Part shown: positions 11,190 to 23,100 of the stretch, one piece after another | How the letters are laid out: every line of letters begins with the position of its first letter | Numbering within the stretch: the stretch's first letter is position 1 | NCBI RefSeq assembly: GCF_000143415.4 | Contig: NW_003314279.1 | Coordinates: forward strand, 1,997,679-2,061,678 | Reading direction: 5' to 3' | Source of the DNA: Selaginella moellendorffii | Taxonomy: Eukaryota; Plantae; Lycopodiophyta | DNA: 64,000 nucleotides | Made by a program: the position numbers and the translations under genes | Notes under the pieces: generated by a model | The model's input: the letters and a program-made list of their open reading frames with translations, nothing else | Database searches by the model: none | What the model was told of the DNA's origin: nothing

Positions 11190-12570
11190 AGAATATCCTC
11201 ATTCAGCCATATGCCCAGAGGGGGTCTTTGACAGGATGCCGTCCAAGGACGTGGTCGCGTGGACGGCTGTGGTGAATGCCTACGCCCGCTGACAACGGCG
11301 TTGTGAATGTATATTCGAGAATAGGCCCGTGAGGAACGTGGTGTCGTGGAACTCCATGATTTTCGCATATGCTCCGACAGGGCATTTCAGGCAAGACGTG
11401 GAGCTCTTTCAAATCATGCCTGCTCACAACGAGTACACGTGGAAGGTTATGATTCCTCGCTATGCTCTCAGTGGCAACACGGGCAAGGCTATGGCTGTGT
11501 TCCAGAGCGTCGGCGCAAGAACGCTAGCTGCCTAGAACGCTCTAATCTCGGCATTTGCCCAGGCTGGGGATTTCTCCATGGTGAAAGATCCCTTTGACGC
11601 AAGGCCTGCTCACAATATTGTGTCGTGGAAGAAGCGTGATTTCCTGGACAAGTATTCTGAAAAGTTACGCGGATGCATGGAACCTTAACGAGGCGAAGCG
11701 ACTATGCCAGAGCGAAGCTCAATCACCTGGAGCGTGATGCTTCAAGCATTTGCAGGGTTTGGGCATGTAATAGATGGCGAGAGTTTGTTTCATGCGAGAA
11801 ACCTCACTCGGCGATCCCAGTTGCTTGTCAGCCTGGACCAACATGATTGTTTTATAAGATTGACAAAGCTCGAGCAGTGTTTGATGCTTTGGCGTGCCTT
11901 GACATGGTCTCCTGGAACACCATGGTCGCTTGCTACGCACCCGACGTCCACCACTGCAAATATTTCTTTGAGCAATGCCCGGCCACAACCTGGTGTCTTA
12001 CAACACTCTCTTGTCCTCGCTGGTCAGCTGCAGATTATCCGAGGAAGCAGTGAAAATCTTCGTCGAAATGCCAGAGATAACATACAGTGTGATGATGCAA
12101 ACTTATGCACAGGAAGGCCAGCTTGCGAGTGCCAGGGACTTCTACGAGACAATGCCGGATCGCAACTCAGTGCTCTCATCACCGTGATCTTGGCACTCGC
12201 CCAGCCCAATCCCCGAGAACAGCCTTTGAGCGATTTGAGGCCTGGAGCTCGATCATCGCAGCCTATGTCCAGAACGGACGCGTGACTGGATCTCTTTCGA
12301 GAGATGATCTTGCTGGCTTTCAAGCCAGACGAGACCATTTTCACGACAAATCTAGCAGGGGCAGCGAGCCAGCTCGAGCAGTGTTGCCGAGATTTTTTGT
12401 CCATGATCGCAGACTTTGGGATCTCTCCCAGGATCGAGCACGCAATGGGGCGACCTGGTCAGCTGGAGCAATCCATGCCATTTGTTCCACAGCGGGGCTT
12501 GTGGATGATGGCTCGAAATGCAAAGGTTGTGGAAATGTCGGCTGGAAAATCCGGGATAATGCCAGGTTGA
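11190..12570 (+). pseudogene. PPR (short-repeat PLS type) pseudogene
   Basis: Fragments RNVVSWNSMIFAYA, DMVSWNTMVACYA, NLVSYNTLLSSLV and FLSMIADFGISPRIEH occur in shifting frames with stops. Confidence 0.85.
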
Positions 12571-13668
12571 CAACCAACAATCCTAGTCATCCCGGAGATG
12601 CGGGTGTTGTGCCATGTAAGCTGAAAACCTATCCCACCAGCCAAGGCGCGATAGAGGAACACCGGTATAAAAGAAATGGAGTAGGGGTTATGATTAATCC
12701 GGGAGAGCCTGAAAGGGCGCTTGCATCCCTCGGGTTGCTTAGTAAATGGGGTCGCTGACCCTTGACCACTTGGCCCCCCTCGTCGGTGACCCAGTAGTGC
12801 TAAGTCGGTATGGTCAACCCCACCGTGACCTACAGGATAGCGCTTGGTACCCAGGGCGCCCAAGGAGGCCCGATATCTTTTGCAAACATTTCTTCGATCT
12901 TCCTTTCTGGAATTTCTTGGTGCGGCCTTGAAGTATTTTTCACTCATTTCAGAGGAAACGAATGTTTGCGGCACAAGGCGGTTCTCAGACCATCAAAGCT
13001 CTGCTTCTCTCTCTTTCTTTTTCCCGAAGAAGCAAGGGTGGCACTTTCAAGGGGATAGAGAATTGCGTTACACTTGTTTGCAAGTCGGGCAGGTGTTACT
13101 GATTGTGAAGAAAGGTCTCCAAGCTAAAGAGGCTTGAGGAGGGATGTCTTCTACAAGAACAATAGCATCGATGAGGCTAACAAAGAGCTAGAATAAATAA
13201 TGACTCCAGAAGCTTATGGATAAATAAAACATTTATAAGTAAACCACCATAAACCACCATTTCTTTTCGAAAAATAAAGGTGAAAAAAAAAGGTATGCCA
13301 AAGCTATCTAGCTCCCACCGAAGAAATTCTTCTTTCTTGCGGAGTGCTGGATCTCGTCAACTTATCCCTGATTTCGAGGAGTGCGAGGCAAATTTTTGTA
13401 GGAGCTTTGATTACCAGGGGCTACACATGCAAAGCGTCCCAGGAGCGAAAGCTGATGGAAGAAACATACCGCTCCTGAGCTCTTGAAATCGGTGGAGAGC
13501 ATAAAACAAATTTTAAAATATTTCACTAAACCGGTTAAGTTGCTGAAAACCTTTATCTTAAAGATGGCGAAACAATATTTGGCGAAAAACAAAATATAGG
13601 TTTCGTATAGGGTTTGTGATTGTAAAAGGGAGACAAGAAGAACTTCTCACGAGCAGAGCAGATCGGCG

Positions 13669-14034
13669 ATGGTGGCGGTGGACGTTGAGCGGTATGTTGA
13701 GCTCAAGCGCATGATCGACGACTTGGTGATCGAAGCTGGTAACAATAGGAGCATCCGGGTGAAACAATACGATAGCTTCGACTTTGCGGACTATGATCAC
13801 TGGGCCGAGACCAACAACAAGAGGGCGCTCAGGCCGGACTGCCATTACATGGAGGACGAGGTGGCGTTGGATCCTCCCCGTGCCGACCGGATCACGCGGA
13901 TGGTGGCCGTGGCGCTCCAGCAAGAGGAGGAAGGGAACAGGAGGCAACTGGCTAAGGAGGTGAGCCACTTCACAAGGCAACTGGCGCTTCAGCAACAACA
14001 AGCCGGGCCGCCGAGCAAGAGAGCTCGCCACTGA
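13669..14034 (+). CDS. Orphan 121-aa ORF, copy 3 (convergent with DLDG1-like gene)
   Basis: Intact frame, preceded by a possible 3' splice site (gtatag at ~13605-13610). Confidence 0.5.
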   Translation: MVAVDVERYVELKRMIDDLVIEAGNNRSIRVKQYDSFDFADYDHWAETNNKRALRPDCHYMEDEVALDPPRADRITRMVAVALQQEEEGNRRQLAKEVSHFTRQLALQQQQAGPPSKRARH

Positions 14035-14185
14035 TCGTCGAAGCATCCCCTGGAGGGATGATCGAAAACAATCTTGTATCACAAGCATTAACAAAACTTG
14101 TGAGCAAAGCAAGCTCCTGCCAAGGAGCAAAAAAGTTTTGTTGTTTGTACTTCCATATACCTGGCAATGAAGAGATCTTTCAGCT

Positions 14186-16066
14186 TTAGTGGCGTTCCAT
14201 CTCGCGGAATATGGCCGTGAGGGACGGAGACAAGCGAGGAAGATTTCGGAAAACCTGTTGCAAAGGTGGTGGTGGTCAGTGTTTTGGTAATAGGAGCAAT
14301 GTACCCATAGCTTGAAGCAGGCATCGATGGTCACTGGAACTATCGCCACGAAGGAAGATATGGAAGCCTCGTTGGCCTTCATGCCGTAGTGCTCGAGGAA
14401 AAGGTTCACCACGGTCACCCAGCCCGACTCGGAATGGTACCTAGAAAGTGGAAACATCGCTTGGTTTCATACTGTTCACAAGGCAAAGAAAACACAAGAT
14501 GGTACCCGAGGAATATGTCCGAGAAAAGAATGATAAAGAATGCCTTCCCAATGTCTGAAAGATTGCTGAAGAGACGAATCCCTGAGTAACTCATGAGCTC
14601 CACCTGATGGAAGTGAGAAGTTAAACACAAGAGCCATGAGAATTCCTGTTGTGACGTACTTGCACTGGATTGAGTATGATCAGGAGCATCAACACTACGC
14701 CTGCCACATCGGACCAGACGCTTGCAAAATTGCTTCGATTCTCTGCTCTGACTTCCTCGACCAATTCTAGCCTGGAAGAGCAACTTGAGGGGAGAACAAA
14801 GAAGCAAAGCCTGGAAACCAAGAAACTTACGCTTCGTCGTGAAGATGCTGCGTTAGTTTCTCTTCGGAAATGGGAGGAGCGATTCCAATCCTGACCTCGA
14901 ACATCAAACGCTTCTCTTCGTCCTCCAGCGGAGGAACCACTCTCTTGGTCATTTGTGAGTCCGTGACGTCGAATGCCCTGGCCGCGAAAGGTACGAGCTC
15001 GACATATCTACACAGGACTAAAAGCAAAGCTGTGAGTGACAAAACCACGAGGAGCACAGATTTCCTACCTCTTTAAGAAGGGGACCAGCACGCAGTCATG
15101 CACGACGAAGTCTGCAAGCCACGGTATCAAAATGAGGCACGCAGCGAACTTCACCTGAAACATAAACACTGGACAAATAAATCTCTCGAGATCTTGAAAG
15201 GAAGAACACCAACTTACTGTTGATCTTGCCGCGGACCTCGCAAATCCCCTCTCGAACTTGTTCTCCTGGTGCCACTCGAGAGGCTCTTGGAACAAATCCG
15301 AGAATGGCCCGGTTGCTTTCCTAGCCTTTCCAAAGCTATCCAGCTCCGACCGAAGGTACTTAAGCTCCTCTTCTTTCTTGTGGAGTAGCTCCTGCTCGAT
15401 CTCGTCAACTTCTCCCCGAGAAGAAACTTCTTTGTCCCTGGATTTCTCCCAGCTCTCACCATCCAGCCAATCTTCCCAGTTATCACTGCCGGGGTCTCGT
15501 CCCCTCTTTCGGTACCAGCGGAGCTCGTTGATGGCGTCAACTCGCTGCTTCCAGGATTTAATCTCCTCGTCGTCGAGCATCATGCGTCCAATCTCGTCCA
15601 TGGCGGCCTCGTCGTTGTGCTCTCTCCACCAGTCGAAGTCGTCGAGCAAGAGTTTCTTCCACCAGCTTTCTCTCCTAGGACGCTTTGCATGTATCCTCCA
15701 TTCCAAGCCCCTGGCAATTAACCTTCTCTTCGCGCTGGAGAAGCTAGAGTTTCCACTGCCGCTGCCGCTACTAGCTACAAAAATTCGCCTCGCATTCCTC
15801 GAGCTCCTGGCAATCGATCCTCTAGTAGTCCTACAGAAATGCGAGTGCCCGAAGCGATCGGATACCAAAATCCGCTTCCAATTGCTTGGAAACTCTGCTT
15901 GAATCCACACGAATCTCTGGCTCCTCGCTCCTGAGCTCTTGAAATCGGTGGAGAGCTTACCGGGGCGAAGAATTCCATCTCCCCAGGGCTGCTCGCAACG
16001 CATTTCTCTCCGGCATAGAAGCGCATCCTCATAAACCCAAAAACCTAAAAATCGCACCATATCCAT
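14186..16066 (-). CDS. Nuclear-encoded CemA/Ycf10-like chloroplast envelope protein (DLDG1-like), ~7 exons; start may be ATG 16003
   Basis: Exons give WWKKLL..KSWKQR, DFVVHDCVLVPFL, FEVRIGIAPP, ENRSNFASVWSD, NLSDIGKAFFIILFSDIFLG|YHSESGW...EHYG...VPVTIDACFKLW|VFRNLPRLSPSLTAIFREMERH* (TAA 14186-14188). Confidence 0.9.
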
Positions 16067-16068
16067 TT

Positions 16069-16108
16069 GCCACGTGGCATAGGCCCCTCTAATAATCTGC
16101 CACGTGTC
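16069..16108. promoter_or_regulatory. Paired G-box/ABRE upstream of DLDG1-like gene
   Basis: GCCACGTGGC at 16069-16078 and GCCACGTGTC at 16099-16108. Confidence 0.55.
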
Positions 16109-16188
16109 TTCATTTTTTAACTTTGGAAGAACTTTGAAGAACTTTGGGAAAAAGGTTCATGGATTTCCAAAATCCTCAGTAGTAAGAT

Positions 16189-19100
16189 CTACAACATCGG
16201 TGGAGCAGACTCTGAGCTCTCAGGCACGTCGCTCAAGAATGTATCCCTGCTCTTCACTTCTGCTCGCTCCCTGTCCTCGTCGTCACGACCCGATGATCTT
16301 TGCTCTTGCTGCTGCTCTTCTTGGTCCTGCTGTTCTTGCTGCTGCTGCTGCTCTTGCTCGTGATCATCTTTCTTCTGTTCTCCTTGCTCTCCTCCTCCAT
16401 CTCCTGTTGCTGGCGTTGTCGTCGTCGCCTCGCTGCTTGCAAACACCATGCTCCTAAACGTTTCAATCAATCCTCTGGCTCCACCGGAAGAAGATGAAGC
16501 AGCGGCGCCTCTCCCTCCTCCTGGGTCTGTGTAGTCACGACGGCGTGAAACGAGAGTTGGAAGAACTGTTTTTGACGAGGACGAACAATCCAGTTGTTGG
16601 TGGTGGACTCTTTTCGACACCTGGATCACTCTGCTTATACGAGCGAACACCCAAAGAGAGGTTAACAAAGCCATCGTTGCTCTTCGCTCTTTCCGCTCTA
16701 TGCATGGCTTTGCTTTTACGTACCTTGCGACTCGGGGAAAATAAAACCGTGGACTTCCTGCTTCTCCTTCTCAACGATTGTAGAATTGGTTGAATAAGGA
16801 CTCCTACGCATGCCCTGGTCATGGATCCAGTTAGAAAGGCGAGCTTGAGCTTGCAAAGAAAGGCCTTTACCTGTCTAAACTTCCCTCCGTGGATGGCTGG
16901 CGTGAAGGTGCATTCGGCCATCTCTTGCTTTTGCTTCTCTTTTCGCAACGCCTCGACTCTGGCAATCCGTTCTTGTCTATCCAACAAGATCAGTTTGTAC
17001 CATTGACTCCTAGTGCTGCAAACAGGAAGGAATCCGAGAGTCAGGAGCATAAAGAGTTTTAAGAAACCGAGAACCAAAACAGTGCTCGTCACGCACCTAA
17101 ACTTTCTCCTACGAGCAGCAAGCGAGCGAGAGAGGCGGCACATCTTAAACTGGAACGGGAACTTCTCGTCCTTCTTCCGTAGCTTGAAAACGTTATGCAA
17201 GCCACTGGATACAATCTTTTTCTGCAAAGTCGCGTGAAGCAACTCCGAGTGTCAGCTGATCAAACCAAGCGAAAAACGAAACAGTTGAAACCAAGTTCCA
17301 TTACCTGCGCTGTTTGCATGAGTTTTTGGAACGTATCGTATGACAATGAACCTTTGCCATCGTCCATGCCCATGACAATCTTAATCTCGTCCACCACTTC
17401 GTCCGAGAACAAGGCAGTGTCGGCTTTTTCGAGATCAACGTAGCCACTCTGAATTTTTTTCACAAAATAGAGCGCGTTAAAGTTCTTCTGTTAGTTGAAA
17501 CGACACTTCTACAAACCTTATCTTTGTCGAGATGATCAAAGATTTGTTTCAACCTCCTTTCCTTGAGGTGATCCAGCAGCTGCCCGGATTTCGTACCAAC
17601 GTAGTGTGACTTGGCAAGCTCAATCCTGTGTTGGATATCTCTGTCCATGAGAGACTTCTTCTTGTCCTCTATAGCAAATTTCATCTGATATAGAAACTCC
17701 CCGATAGGCAAATTCCTCTGCAAAAAGAACAAGACAATGAAACATCCACAACTCAACAAGCTATGAAACGCAAAGAACGAAAAAACGAGTACAAAATCAT
17801 TCGACAAACCTCGCCAACAGGCTGTCGGCCGATTGTTGGAGTGAAAAACTCCTGACCCGTGGTCGGATCGATCAGCTTCCGACCTCCGGGTTCCAAAAGC
17901 TTTTGCTTCTTCTCGGCGAGCCTTTCAGCGTACTGCAGCAACCGATCAAAGACAGTCGTGTTGCTTTCGTCGACTTGTCCACCGTCTCCAGTTTTGTTGA
18001 TGTGAGGATGAAATGTAACTCTGGACGAAGAACAAGGCGAGGGTGAGAAACACAACCAGAGAGAAGGAAAGTTCTGGTAGAAATAGAAAGAAACAAATAA
18101 TTTACACACCCTTCGGGATACCATTGCATGTATTCCGCTTGACGTCGCCTCCGGTGCTCGGCATCGTAAAACAGTTGCTCGAACCGTGTCGTGGTTTGGA
18201 CGTCACGACGCTCAAACGAATGCAAGTAGTTTATCCTGGGTTTGAAGGTGCACTCCATAAGCTTGGCTTCCCACAACTGAAAGAAACATCAAGCGTTTAC
18301 TACGTTTTCAAGGAATGAAAGAATGCAGAGAACCAGTGTAAGTACCTCATTGCGAAGCTCTTGCAAGTGTTCCTGGTTTTGTTTGTCCTGGACTAGCCTC
18401 TCCCACACAACTTCCGTTCTCTTCAAACGTTTGGCGAGCTTACTTCATGCACGTAACAGGGAAGGGAGGCTGCTGATTAGAAACAAAAGGAACAGCGAAC
18501 AAACTAGCTTTATAACTGTGTGTTTTGTTGCTGGAAAAGAGAAGAAGAGAAGCAAAGTTTACCTGATCTCTGGCTTGGGAGAGATGAGCTTCAACTCGTT
18601 CATCTCGTCCTCCTGCTGCTTCTTCTCGATTTGCCGCCGCCGCTCCTGGTCCTTAGCAACAGCCTCCTGGTACAAGAGCTCGCCATAGTTTTGGAACTGC
18701 TCGGCCTCTCGTTCTCTGTTTCGCATCAATCGCCTACTTCTCTGAGAGGAAACTTTGAGCGCTAGTTAAGACAAAACGCATTCTTCTTGTTGTTTACCAG
18801 TGAAGTAACCGGTCGATCCTTCACCATCTTCTCATGGTATTGTTCCGCGATCAGCCGTGCTTCTTCCTCGACCCGTTGTTTTTGCCTTATATAGTCAGTA
18901 TAAAGTCTCAAGCAGAGAGCTTTCTACACGAAAGGAAAAGGAAAAAAAAAAAAAACTTTGTGAGAATGGATCAAGGTGAAAAAAACGCTCACCATCTTCT
19001 CGGATAGCTCCGCCTTCCTTTTGTGCCTCTTTTCCTTCTTCCCCCTGTCCACGGTCTTGGTAGAAAACGTAAACGTGTGTTGGAGGAGCCTCTCGGAGAA

Positions 19101-19598
19101 CTTAGCTGGTTTGATCCCCCTCCTGGCGGCCTGGTACTTCCGAAACTCCTCCAGCGTTTTGGGCTTCTCCATGTAAGCTCTCCTGGCCTGGCTGATAACA
19201 TCCATGGGGACCTGCTTTTGCTTTTGCTGGCCCTTCCTCCCCCGCTGCTGCCCATGCTCCTCGGCGGCGCCACCACCACCGCCACCCTTCCCCTTTGGAC
19301 TGCCACCATCGCCGCGCTGATGCTCACGGTTGATGCTCCGGAGGTTGTAGGTGATGTGCTCCGTCAATGGCACCACGAACTGGAGCGGCAGATCGTGCTG
19401 CTTGCAAAACGCGGTGGACACCTGCTCCGGGGAGTCGCCCTGCTTCAACTCGATCTGCTCCACGCGCCCGTCCTCGATCTCCACCGTGATGGAGAGAACC
19501 ACGCGCGGGTCATGGTCATCGGCCACGGACTCTTCGATCTCCCCACCGCTGGGGCTCTCGCTTGACATCTGGGCGATGGCGATCGACCCACCTCGCAA
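16189..19598 (-). CDS. Multi-exon coiled-coil protein with repeated ECTFxPxI motifs and an EF-hand-like segment
   Basis: N-terminal VVLSITVEIEDGRVEQIELKQGDSPE; motifs ECTFKPRIN, VTFHPHIN, FFTPTIG, ECTFTPAI; QIFDHLDKDK..GYVD; numerous GT-AG introns. Confidence 0.7.
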
Positions 19599-19975
19599 AA
19601 CTCAGCTTTGGACGCCTCCCGGATCTCTCCTCCTCATCCCCGCGCCAATGCCAATCCTGGATCCTCGCCGCCGCCGCGCCGCGCCGCGATCGAGCTGAGA
19701 ATGCCGCTGGGCGCCCTGTGCTAACGGAAAAGAGTGTGCTTACTGTGCTTCCAGTCGCGAGGGGTCGAGACTCTTCGGCGAGGGGCGTTCTCTTTCGACC
19801 CCCGGGTCGTTCGTTACGAGATTCTCGGTGTGACACGCATGCCCTAAAAGCCCGGCGCGCCCCACCGTGGCGCGCCACGTGGCCGCAACGGCCACGATCC
19901 GCCCAACGAAGAGCGATTTAACGGAATCTTTTTATAACGGTCAACGAACATTCTGTGAGGATGTGAGCTTTATCC

Positions 19976-20090
19976 GGGATCGAACCCGCGACGTGTCTAA
20001 ACCCAGGCGATTGGCTAGGGCTAAGCTTTTGGTGGGCATCGAACACCAGCGCGAGCGAGGGGCCGGTGTGCGGGGGCGGGGGATCGAACC
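19976..20090 (-). promoter_or_regulatory. Isolated Pol III B-box motifs (two perfect GGTTCGATCCC, one near-match)
   Basis: GGGATCGAACC at 19976-19986 and 20080-20090, and GGCATCGAACA at 20035-20045. No tRNA cloverleaf can be formed. Confidence 0.55.
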
Positions 20091-20142
20091 CAGTGCCGGT
20101 GCGTGTTAACACTTTGTCGATTCGATCCGGGGACAGTTGGTC

Positions 20143-23100
20143 ATGGTGGCGGGATCACGCCGTCGCGCTAGTGAACACCTTGGCTCTTCTTCTACTAGTG
20201 GCAAGCGCCCTAGATATGGCGCCTCCTCTTCTTCCTCCACACCCACATTGCTAGGGCGCGGGGGGCGCGCCTCGTCTAGGGCTGCCAATGGCGCGCGGGC
20301 GTCGTCGTCCGTGGTGGCGGACGATCCCGATTTCGAGCCGGGGGATTCCGAGTGCGTGGCGCTGCCCGAGGATTCTTGGTTTGGGGCGGAGGAGGCGGCC
20401 GCGGCGATCGTTCCAGTTGTCGAGGATGCCGATGTCTCTGCTGCTACTGCCGCAGCTTCATCGTCGGCCATGCCGCTGTGCTCCGGCCCTCCAGCACAGG
20501 CTTTCGCGCTCTCCGCCACTCCTCTCTACCCTAATTCCGTCAGGTGGTCTGAGGACAACCTCCTTGCAGTTGCCGCTGGACATATGGTCACTATACTGGT
20601 GAGTTCTTCCCATGCATTGTCTTGTTCTTGCTGAAACTTTTCTTTTTTCGTGAAGAATCCAGCATCGCTGTCGGGTCCCCGGAGCTTTGTGTCCGTCTCC
20701 GTGAAGCCGAGCTTCGATTTTGGCACCGTGAATCGTGATGGTACGTGTTAAGTTCGTTCTTGTGAGTAAGCTTTTGCCTAGAGTTTGCTTTTAGAGTTAA
20801 AGCATCATTTGCTGATGCCGCTTACGCTCTCGAGGGATTCTCGTGCCGTGGTTCGCTCGATCGATTGGTCTCCGCAAGGTGTTGGATCCCATGGAGGGTA
20901 CTTCTTTTTCTTTGTTCTCAAGTCACGGGCCTCTGATGTTTTCGTTTTCTCTCGGGCATTTTTTTCTTATCTTAGATGTCTTCTTGCGGTTGCCACGACA
21001 GATTATCGAGTGAAGCTGCACTCGCCACCCATGTCCGAGTATCGATCTGAGTGGATCGAGGTAAGCCACGCTTCCCTTGTTGTCTCTTGTTAACTATGAA
21101 TTTGTATTGGCAGTTGTTAGACGTTTCAGAGATGATGTTTGAGTATTGTATGAAGTTTGAGTTTTTGGAAACGGAAGCATCGTTTGACATGGTACTCCTT
21201 TCGCTGACAGTTTTCTTTCATGATTGACCAGCATTTTGATAGATGTCAGATGGCATAGCTTTCAACAGAGCTTACAAGAGGCAAGGACAAATGTCCCCAG
21301 CTGAGGATCTGCTTCAGAAAAGGAGGAGAACTAGGTACTTTTACGTTTACGTACGCGGCTTTATTTTTGAAATGTTCTGCTTGTGCAGCACACCGGAGGC
21401 TTCAGTACTTGGAATGGAGGTGAGCTACTTGTTTTGTGCTGATGGTTTTGAGCTGACTCGCATCTACTCGCAGGCTGGAAATTTGCTTAACCGTCCTCCT
21501 GTTCTATGGGATGGGCAAGCATCTCTTGCTTCAGCCCATATGAAACCTCTTGCAAACGACGGCATGGCGGATGATGCCATGAAGGTATAACTTGAATTTA
21601 TCTTCAGATGACGTAACGCCTCAATGCCAGAAACGCGGTAGAAGAGGGACTTACAGTGAACAGCTTTCAGGTGCTTGTGATTTTAAATTGTTTTCTCTAC
21701 GCTTCTAAGCAGGTTATGTTCTCGTAGGCTCTGCTGATGTTGAAGGTTTCGACGACGGAAAACAAACTAAAAAGAGAAAACAGCTGAGAGTCAAAGATGG
21801 ACAGCTCTCGAATCTAACCGTCACCGCGCCCCAATACATGACAAGGAGTTCAATGCTGGCCTCTCTAGCCTTGGCATGGTCCTCGAAGTGCTCTTGCTGT
21901 GATAGCAACTCGCGAGTTTTTAGTGCTGTTTTTCTGTCGGTTGGGACGAAGTCTGGCATGGTTGGCTTCTGGCGGCTATCAACACCTGACGTATACTCGG
22001 TTGAAAAAGTGCTACCGCTACCAGACGTAAGCTTTATCGGCTTCTTAAACGCACACGAGTCCTGGGTGACTGCACTTGATTGGGCGGCTGGAGCTTCAAC
22101 TGATCAAGTTCTTCTGGCAACCGGAAGCTCTGATGGGAGGTACAGTTCTACCTCGTATCAGTCTGTATCTAATGGATCTCACTCATGTTACAGTGTCAAG
22201 TTGTGGCAAGGAGATACAAGAGTATTGATGCAGTGGCAACCGTCGGCGCTTTTCCTCCCCTGGACACTTCTCTTTCAGGTGAGGGAACTATCTTGCATTT
22301 AGTTTAGTAAATGACTAATGAAAACTCAGGTTACTGGTGTCGACAGTGTGCCAGTGACGTCTTTGGCCTTGAAATATTCAATTGAGGCGGATAATATTCT
22401 TATTGTCGTTGGAAAAGGATCCGGTAGCGTTTTAGCTTGTGAATTAACAAGTGCAGGCCAGTGCTCTCGCAGGGCTTGCCTTCCACGGGCTCACGACCAA
22501 GCGGTATGCTTCCAAATATGTGCTTTCATGGTTTGATGTGCTTCGAGTTCCAGGTTATGGGAGTTTGCTGGTCTGCAGACAAAGATCAGATATACTCGTG
22601 TGGCCAGGTATGTTAACATTTGTTAAGCCACTAAGTATAAAGTCGTCTTTGACAGGATAACATGCTTCAACTGTGGGAATTCGCTGATACGCAACTCGTA
22701 GCCGTGGAGACTTCCCTTTTGGCATCTGAGGTCCCGGCAACTGCTCCTGACGTGTGTAAAACATTGCAATTGTACCCACACTAAACTTCTAAACCTTACA
22801 GCTTCCGGCATCGGCGTTGGAATCGTTTTTTGGTGTTGCACTGTCACCTGCAAATCTTTCTCTTGCAATGGTAGGATAGGTACTTAAAATTCTCTCTCTC
22901 ACTTTTCCATGTGCAGGTAAGAGGAATTGCTGCTGAAGCTGTAGATCCGATGTATCAATCCAGGTACCAATGTTGTTTTATTTTTTTGTTGGCTAGAAAT
23001 TTAAGATATTGTTTTTCGAAATCGCAGGTCACAAAAGGGTATTGTACAACTGGTCTGGGTCGGACAAGACGAAAATATCGTAAAAGCTGATTGTTTCGAC

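Noticed and set aside
19960-20100. tRNA gene suggested by GGTTCGATCCC
   Set aside because: The T-stem pairs for only 2 bp and there are no acceptor, D or anticodon arms. Kept only as B-box motifs.
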